In this document: piece by piece, positions 47,438 to 55,137 of the stretch
Layout of the letters: each line of letters starts with the position of its first letter
How positions within the stretch are numbered: position 1 is the first letter of the stretch
Source of the DNA: Coniocarpon cinnabarinum
Lineage: Eukaryota
DNA length: 55,137 bases
Reading direction: 5' to 3'
NCBI GenBank assembly: GCA_051942205.1
Contig: JAVECO010000161.1
Span: 1 to 55,137 of the forward strand
The notes under the pieces: generated by a model
What the model was told of the DNA's origin: nothing
The model's input: only the letters and a program-made list of their open reading frames with translations
Database searches by the model: none
Translations under genes and position numbers: made by a program

Positions 47438-49141
47438 ATGTCTCCTTCAAAGACCTCGGCAAGTGATGTGATCATCTGCGGTGGTGGCACGGCGGGCTGT
47501 GTATTAGCCTCTCGTCTCCATCAAAAGAAGCCTTCGCTGTCAATCACACTCATTGAAGCAGGTAAAGACGTCAGCAAAAGAGAGCACATCTACAAGCCTC
47601 TTGAGGCCGCGTATTTGTTCGGATCAGAAATCGACTATGCTTACTCTACAACTCCTCAGACTCATCTCAACGGGAAACCACGAGCGAATTGCGCGACAAA
47701 GGCCCTGTCGGGTAGCACGGCCATGAATTCTGGGGGTTGGACACGTGGCGACGCTGCTGACTATGATGAATGGGCCGAATTGGTTGGTGACAAGCGCTGG
47801 AGCTACTCCGGCATGCTGCCTTATTTTCGAAAAACAGAACATCATTTCGATCCTCACGTTGACCCGAAGCATCACGGTACTTCGGGCCCGATACATATCT
47901 CGTCAGTCACTTCAAGTGGACGACATTACCCGCTTCGGGAGCCTGTGCGCTCAGCGTGGGCGCACGTTGGTGTGCAACGAGTCGCCGATGCGAACAAGGG
48001 ATCACCGAAAGGTCTGGCCGAGCTCACGGAGAATCGTCATAACGGGCTGCGACAGCTGGCTTCCGATGCGTATCCGCTTCACGGCGTCCATGTCATAACC
48101 GAGACATTCGTGCAACGCGTCATCATCGAAGAACATGGTGTGCATAAAGTTGCAACCGGTGTCGAGTTGAGCGATGGCTTAGTGCTTCATGCGAAACAGG
48201 TCATACTCTCTTGCAGTGCTTATCGAACCCCACAGGTCCTCATGCTATCCGGAATCGGTCCTAAAGACACCCTCGCCAAACATGAGATCGAGCGGGTAAT
48301 TGATTCTCCATTCGTAGGAAAGAACTTTCATGATCACATGATGGTATCACGGTTCTGGAAATTGCGGCACCCTGAAAAGGGTCTCGCCATGGGATCGCAG
48401 CTGTGGAAAGATCCGGCATTTCAAAAGGGCCTTCCGATGGACTGGATTGCTACGTGCGGCGTTGACGAGGAAGGGCTCAGAAGCGCGCTTGCAAAGGATC
48501 ACGCGAAAGCCGATGATGCTTCGAGACTTTTGAAAGATCGCTGTCACCTGGAAATGTATGTCGTGTATGCAGCTTTCGGGGGTGAAAAGCAAGGCCTGCA
48601 GATTCCTTTCGATGGATCACATATCATGACTTCAGCTATTGGCATGTTGCCGACTTCGCGCGGTTCCATCAGCATCGCTTCCAAGAATGCAAAGGACAGC
48701 CCAGTGATTGACCCCAACTACTACGCCACACATGTCGACCGCTTCGTGCAACGAGAAGGGCAGAGAAAGCTCTCACAACTCATGACAGAGACCGCTGAAG
48801 GCAAAGATTTAGTTGACCACGAGGTCACTCCTCCAGGCCTGCACAAATTACCAGCGGATGCTTCACAGGAAGTAGTTGATGACCTCGTAAAGATCGCAGG
48901 CCAGACTGTCTATCACCCAGCTGGCACCGCCTCGATGGGCAAAGTCGTCGATAGCGATCTCAATGTCTATGGCGTAAAAGGGTTGAAAGTTATTGATGCA
49001 AGCGTCATTCCGGTCCCACTAGCCGCACATTACCAGTGTTGCGTATATGCACTTGCTGAACAAGCTGCCGACATAGTGGCAGCCGAAGCTCAAGGAGGGT
49101 TTGTTGCAAAGGTATTGCATCACACTGCGGGCGGTCACTGA
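47438..49141 (+). CDS. Intracellular GMC oxidoreductase (AA3), single exon
   Basis: 'DVIICGGGTAGCVLASRL', 'KALSGSTAMN', 'TPQVLMLSGIGP', 'YHPAGTASMG', 'AAHYQ'. No signal peptide. Confidence 0.95.
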   Translation: MSPSKTSASDVIICGGGTAGCVLASRLHQKKPSLSITLIEAGKDVSKREHIYKPLEAAYLFGSEIDYAYSTTPQTHLNGKPRANCATKALSGSTAMNSGGWTRGDAADYDEWAELVGDKRWSYSGMLPYFRKTEHHFDPHVDPKHHGTSGPIHISSVTSSGRHYPLREPVRSAWAHVGVQRVADANKGSPKGLAELTENRHNGLRQLASDAYPLHGVHVITETFVQRVIIEEHGVHKVATGVELSDGLVLHAKQVILSCSAYRTPQVLMLSGIGPKDTLAKHEIERVIDSPFVGKNFHDHMMVSRFWKLRHPEKGLAMGSQLWKDPAFQKGLPMDWIATCGVDEEGLRSALAKDHAKADDASRLLKDRCHLEMYVVYAAFGGEKQGLQIPFDGSHIMTSAIGMLPTSRGSISIASKNAKDSPVIDPNYYATHVDRFVQREGQRKLSQLMTETAEGKDLVDHEVTPPGLHKLPADASQEVVDDLVKIAGQTVYHPAGTASMGKVVDSDLNVYGVKGLKVIDASVIPVPLAAHYQCCVYALAEQAADIVAAEAQGGFVAKVLHHTAGGH

Positions 49142-49454
49142 GCTTTAAAGAGGCAGGCTTTGTTGAAGATCATCGTTGGTTGACTAGCTAGGGTTCAGGC
49201 ACGCCCATACAATCATGAGAACAGTCGTCAGAGATCGTTCAATGAGTGCCTTCGTACCCTATCAAGATAAACGATAGGTAGTGTATCATCCGATGCATGA
49301 AGACGAGGACAGGTGTGAGTCGTCTTGCGTAACATTACCCTGTCCAAATGTTGACTCGGTGACTTCGCGTCATCTCCATATCTGTGACCATGCAAGGTCA
49401 GCGCGCAGTATAGACCTCTCAGTATTCTCGTGTAGTCTCGAGACTGCTCTCATC

Positions 49455-49959
49455 ATGGTACGTGCCACAAACTATCACTATGACTGCTCCCCGGTGGCTG
49501 AAGCCATCATATAGGTCCAAAAAATCGATGGCACGCAAGGCTTTCCGGGCTTCACCCCTCCTGGCTACAGACCAACCTACGGTGCCTACAGATCGCCGCA
49601 TGGGCCTCAGTGAGTGGCACGACAATCATTACTTCTAAGTCGCAGCTGATGGCGATGCCAGGTATAAAGTTGGCTTTAACCTACATGGTTTTAACCGCAA
49701 TTCACTCTTCAACGTGTACGTTAACCTGAACGATTCGCGCGATAGCGGGCATGAGAGGCTGCGCATATATTCGGGACTCCACTGATGGCATGATCAACGC
49801 AGAGCACGCACAGGCGGCTTGTTCGGTGTCGCAGCCGGCATTGCCGGACTGTACTTCTTCGCAGACGTTCCACGAGTGCGAATAGACATTATGCAGAGGA
49901 TGCCTGTAATTGGTGACTACTTCAAGAAAGAAGTGCCGCCTGAGGACAACCCATTCTGA
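49455..49959 (+). CDS. QCR10: Ubiquinol-cytochrome c reductase subunit 10 (~102 aa), 4 exons
   Basis: Missing from the ORF track. Exons 49455-49457 (ATG only), 49515-49609, 49662-49715 and 49803-49959 give '…YRSPHGPQYK…FGVAAGIAGLYFFADVPRVRIDIMQRMPVIGDYFKKEVPPEDNPF*'. Confidence 0.9.
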
Positions 49960-50104
49960 GCTTCAAAGATCCTTGCGGGCGTTGTATTTGCAGGGAGAAT
50001 AGATATTTGTACAGAGTTCATTCATGAAGGATGGCGCACCCTTGGAGAGCTCTGGCGCTAGATGTCGGTTGGCGCACGCAGAATCAGGCCCTTTGCCCAC
50101 GTCG

Positions 50105-51052
50105 CTAATTCGTGGGCAATCTTCCAACAACCTCGGCCATCTCATCATCAGGGTATATTCGGAAGCCTTTGTCCTTCGTGACGCTCGCCAGCTGCACATT
50201 CTTTGCATCCAGTTTCTCCTCCATTACCTGCTTCAACGTCTTCAGTACTAATATTTCCGCCTCGGAGAGCGTTAGCGATTTGTGGAACTCATTTTGCAAC
50301 TCCGCCTGTGCGCCTTCTGATCCGGATCCAATGGCTTTTGCATCGTATCTGTAAAAGGTACCAGAGGGCTCCGCGTGATAGCTGCCCAAAATTAGCCTTT
50401 GAAGAGTTGCGAAGCTGGTATGACGGAGCTCACAGAGAGGGTCCATCTTCATCATATCCTGCAATCAATAGAGCCACACCGAATGGACGACTCATGATGC
50501 TCTCCTCACCATCCGCGCCTTCGCCAAATCTTAACGCTAGATCGCAGATGCTCTGTGTACAGCTCTCTACCTTCAGCGGTTCATTATAGTGAAATGCGTG
50601 TGACTGCGATTCTACCCGCGCGTGCTCAATCATGCTGCGAGCGTCTGCCTGCAAGCCGGACATTGCACATCCAATGTGCCTGTCGACTTCCACGATCTTC
50701 TCCACAGATGATGCCTCCAGTAAAGTCGATGTCACCCGCTTTTCCACGCCGAGCACCACGCCATCGCCCGTGGATACCTGGATACAGTCAGGTCAAACTC
50801 TTTTTTAAACGCCAATGGATTTGATCGTACACCTATCGCGGTTGAGCCGAGCTTGATTGCCTCTAATGAGTATTCGACCTGAAACAGACGACCTTCAGGT
50901 GAAAAAGTGCTGAATTCGCGTGAGCGTATATTCACAGTAGCTGATGTGATATGCGTACTTGATCCCACGATCTGCAAGAGTGTTAGGTCAGCACATGCTC
51001 ACAAATCGCAGATTGTGGAAAACGTACCGTATTCTGATCGAGCAATAAACAT
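50105..51052 (-). CDS. PUP2: 20S proteasome subunit alpha-5, 5 exons
   Basis: [39 protein letters not shown], '[13 protein letters not shown]', '[12 protein letters not shown]'. 13-nt micro-exon at 50971..50959. Confidence 0.97.
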
Positions 51053-51416
51053 TTTGAGGGTGAAGTGCTATCGCTGCAGCACAATCACAGGGCGTCCGAT
51101 GCTCGAGAATACGATCTCGAAACCTAGCTCCAGCTATGCAAAGGCAAATAAAGCTACGTCTTCCGGGGTCGAGTGATGCGGCAAAGGCAACACCTGCTTG
51201 CGCATCGTCCTAACGAAAGTTGCCAAGCTTTGGTTCACCAGCCACAGATCAAGCCACACCAGTCGCGAACTCAAATTTGTGACGCGCCCCGCGTGTCCCT
51301 CCATTGTCGCACATCTCTATACGTAGCAGCACATTCGGTTGCAATGTGAGGTGCATACCGCGGCGACCCCAGGCACCGATGATGATTACACGACCTCGTC
51401 GCGATAGGTTTTGAAT

Positions 51417-54059
51417 ATGTCAAATTACTCCAGCATACGAGCTACGTTGTCTGCTCAACAGAAGCACGAGCGCGCAAGAGTTTCCTCTGCTGCGACCTTT
51501 CCCGAGCAGAAGAGCGGTTCTAGAGATGGCGGTTACGGCGTCAACGCCGCAGACAAGAGAAGTGGCAGACGTAGCGCGTTCAAAGCATCGGCTCCAGCGT
51601 CTCAAGCCAGCGCAAGACCCTTAGAACACCGGTCGAGTAAGAGACGGACTGGGCATGACGCAGCTAGAGGTGAAGACGTCCGCAGTCGTTGAAGGGATCA
51701 AACTGACCCGCAAATAGCTACATGGAGCCCCCAGGCTTCACTTACCTCACACACTACAGCTCCCTTGTCCTCTCGAATATCGACACCTCCTTTATCCACT
51801 CTGGCTCCTGATGACCTGCAACCCCCACACTTGTCGACACTATCATTAGCGGAACAAGAATCGGCCATTCTTCAAGACTTGTTATTCGTGCTGATGGGCT
51901 TTGAAGGCGAATACATCCGGTTCAACGAGCCATACAACCCCATAGAAGAACGAGAAAGGTTAGCTGGTCCTGATTTTGCAATTCAACATGGCCTTGATCC
52001 CAGTCTACGAGACCTGACGTATTCAATTGTTGTGATGGCGAAACACTATATAGCGCTTGAGGCCTATGTTGAAGTCCAGTCTCGCGACGAATTCGGAAAG
52101 GTTAACCATGCGCTATGTGCAGCGATACGCAAGCTGCTTAAGGATTACCTGACGCTTGTCGCTCAACTCGAGCATCAACTGATGACCAACACATCCTTCA
52201 CATTACACCTGCTGAATCTGCACGTCAAGCAGACAGCCCACATGATGTCCCACCTATATTCGCTGGCTCAAGAGGTCCTGAGAAGAAACTCGATGCTGGA
52301 AGATGATCTCGACGAGTCTGATGACCTCAGTGATGTAGATCAGATTATCGAGAATCTTCGTGAGGGAAAGGACGCGGGTGCCATTGGAGGTAGGAAAGTC
52401 TGCAAAGGAGGTCAGGTTCTTGGTCTGATCACCTCAAGGCTGGCGACCCTGGCTGGGGACCCCGCGGCGAGGACACTACTCAGCAATCTTCTCAGAGAAG
52501 CAAGCCGACCGTATCTAGCGATGCTCAACGAATGGTTACATCGCGGAGCTATCAGAGACCCTCACGCAGAGTTCTTGATCAAAGAACAGAAGTCTATTCG
52601 ACGCGAAGGTCTGGAGCAGGACTACACAGACGAGTACTGGGAGAAGCGGTACACTATTCGAGAGGACGCTGTGCCACCACAACTGGATCTCGTCAAGGAG
52701 AAAGTCCTGCTTGCGGGCAAATATCTCAACGTTGTCAGAGAATGTGGCGGTGTGGACGTGGCGTCAACTGTTACCAACGCGCCTCTCACGGTCGATGACC
52801 CTCGTTTCATCGATAACGTTCAAGACGCCTATACGCACTCTAATGAACGTCTTATGAAACTCCTCTTGACAACCCACTCCTTGCCTGCAAGACTAAGAAG
52901 TCTGAAGCACTACTTTTTCCTTGATCGTTCGGACTTTTTCTCATATTTCCTGGAGCTCTCGACCTCCGAGCTTCGAAAACCAGCAAGACTCGTGAATACT
53001 GGCAAGTTGCAGTCGCTTTTGGACATTGTATTACGGCAGCCTGGGACGGTAGCAGCGGAGGACCCGTTCAAAGAGGACATCAAGGTCACGATGAACGAGG
53101 TATCCTTGACGAACTGGCTGATGCGCATCGTCAATGTGACTGGACTGGACGTGGACGCTGGCAACACCAGCATCAACAACCTCCTGACGCCTGCTGTTCA
53201 ACCTAGCGCCACCGACGACAAGGATATCAAAGGATTCGATGCTTTGGTCTTTGACTACGCCGTGCCATTTCCACTGAGCCTGGTCATTAGTCGAGTCACC
53301 CTGACACGCTATCAACTCTTGTTTCGATATCTGCTGTCTCTGAGACATCTTGAGACACTGCTCGTGGATTCTTGGGTCGAGCATGACAAGGCCGCTACCT
53401 GGCAACATCGCAGCAGCAACTCACGAATCGAGATGTGGAAGCGCAAAGCCTGGACCTTGCGTGCGCGAATGCTCGTCTTTGTGCAGCAGCTCCTCTACTT
53501 TTGCACCGCCGAAGTCATAGAACCCAACTGGCAGTCACTCATGGGGCGACTCGGGGAACGAAAGGAGGGCACAGAGGACGTGTGTTCCAAGAGGACCGTC
53601 GACGAGCTGATGCAGGATCATGTCGATTTCCTGGCAACGTGTCTAAAGGAGTGTATGCTTACTAACAGCAAGTTGCTCCGCATCCAGGCCAAAGTCATCA
53701 ACACGTGCACCATGTTTGCGAACTACACTCCCGTCCTTTCTCGATACCTCCAAGCCGCCGATGCCGATCTTTCCAAGGACAAGGACGGCACCGCAAAGGC
53801 GTCAGCCAAAGCACCATCGACGGCTTCCAAAGCAGTCAAGGCAAGTGATAGCGAGCGGGTAGTTGAGCACGACGCCAAAAAGCTGGACACCATGGTGGAG
53901 ACTCTGGACAAGTACGAGTATCACTTCAGTCGACACCTTAAGATGCTACTGGACATGCTCAACTATCTAGCTGCGACAGAGACGGTGGTATTTCTGGGAC
54001 TGTGTGCGCGACTGAGCACCGCTGCAGAAGGCGGAGGGCCCGATGCACGGGTCGGATAG
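51417..54059 (+). CDS. alp4: Gamma-tubulin complex component GCP2 (Spc97/Alp4), 2 exons
   Basis: 'EQESAILQDLLFVLMGFEGEYI', 'YTDEYWEKRYTIR', 'KVLLAGKYLNVVRECG', 'LRSLKHYFFLD', 'VPFPLSLVISR'. Intron 51637..51717 links the upstream ATG. Confidence 0.93.
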
Positions 54060-55137
54060 GATGAAGCTACGCAGGAGGTCTTGCTGACCCAAGCGACCAG
54101 CCATGTCTGCACGAGTTCTGGGGAAAGCTCGTGCTGAGTCGTACGCTCCGATGGCATCGCATCGGCGGGTCTCGACTCAGCTCACGACAAAGAAAGAAGA
54201 TGAAGGTGTGAATGAAAGAAGCGTTTCGACGAATGTGGATCCATCGAGCCGAATACAGGTTGTGAAGAGACGGCGCGGAGAAGGATGGTGACGAGTATTG
54301 ATAGCGTTGGCGGCTGCTGGAGAGCATTCGGGTGGATGGGACCGCCTTTTGTGCCTGCGGAGGAGCAGAGCAGAGTGGGGCGAGGCTCCTTTTTGAGTGT
54401 TGAGATGGAGGATGATGTGGCGGTGTGGCTGGTGGAGCACATCGCCGATGCGGCTCTCGACGGGGCTCTAACGTCTGGAAGGGAAGAACCTAGGTTGTCA
54501 TCTTGCGCGCACACCGTCAGATGAAGGTGCTATGTTGCCTCAGAGCGTCGTGCTGGAGACTGGAGGCAAATCCAGTGTCAGGGGAACACGCATTTGCGGT
54601 GCCAAGATACAATTGATCCATCTGGCGCCTGCAGTCAACTGACACGCCCGAAGCTCGCCAGAATCTTCGGTGCATGCTCACTTGCATCCAGCCGTGCAAG
54701 AGCTCGCGGCGGAGAAGTCGTCGAGGTCCAGCATCAAGGACCGACGATCGCTGAGCTGGGTTGACGCGGCTCCAGTCCCTCTGCAATCCCCTCGACCAGA
54801 GCAGCAAATTGATCCGCACTAGCAGCAGACGAGTCAGCGCATCACGTTTGGATAAGAAACCACGCCCCACGACACCACACCTTTGGGACCACGGCATTAC
54901 GGCACCACGGCCCCACATCAGATGTCTTCTGTTCGCACCCATCATCCTTCGCAAAGGAGACGCCAACTGTGACGAAAAGTGTCTCGCCAGCGCTATACCG
55001 CGGCTAGACGACACAAAGAATACAACCATCCTCACGAGTCACCACGGCCGCCAAGCTCCAACAGGGACAGCGCGTCTACCCCAGTATACTAAGTTTTGAC
55101 AACCCGCCCGCAGCTGCACATCCACTCACCCACCCAC

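Noticed and set aside
54060..55137. ORFs 54182..54514, 54517..55035 and 54761..55099 at the window end
   Set aside because: No recognisable domain. May be UTR or promoter of a gene beyond the window.
1..55137. tRNA genes and transposable elements
   Set aside because: GGTTCGA hits (~4508, ~26566) lack cloverleaf context. No transposase/RT motifs, terminal repeats or AT-rich RIP blocks were seen by eye.

Overview
A gene-dense, intron-containing fungal (Pezizomycotina-type ascomycete) nuclear region with about 22 intact protein-coding genes. Conserved housekeeping genes: zeta-crystallin quinone oxidoreductase, DSK2, NOC2, a DUF676 lipase, REX3, MNN9, a DsbA/FrnE-like protein, a class I/II aminotransferase, QCR10, PUP2 and gamma-tubulin complex GCP2/Alp4. 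Interspersed accessory material: two tandem, distantly related small secreted Cys-containing proteins, a Bys1-like secreted protein, an F-box protein, at least two frameshifted pseudogenes, a degenerate peptide-coding tandem repeat, and a dispersed, divergent but structurally intact 5S rRNA gene. The main candidate for an undescribed system is a ~14 kb putative sesquiterpenoid cluster (35.5-49.1 kb) between the aminotransferase and QCR10: secreted GMC oxidoreductase, class I terpene synthase, CYP58/Tri4-like P450, Pth11-like membrane protein and a second GMC oxidoreductase. Exon boundaries were assigned by eye from splice signals and frame continuity. Family assignments come from recalled motifs, not database searches.
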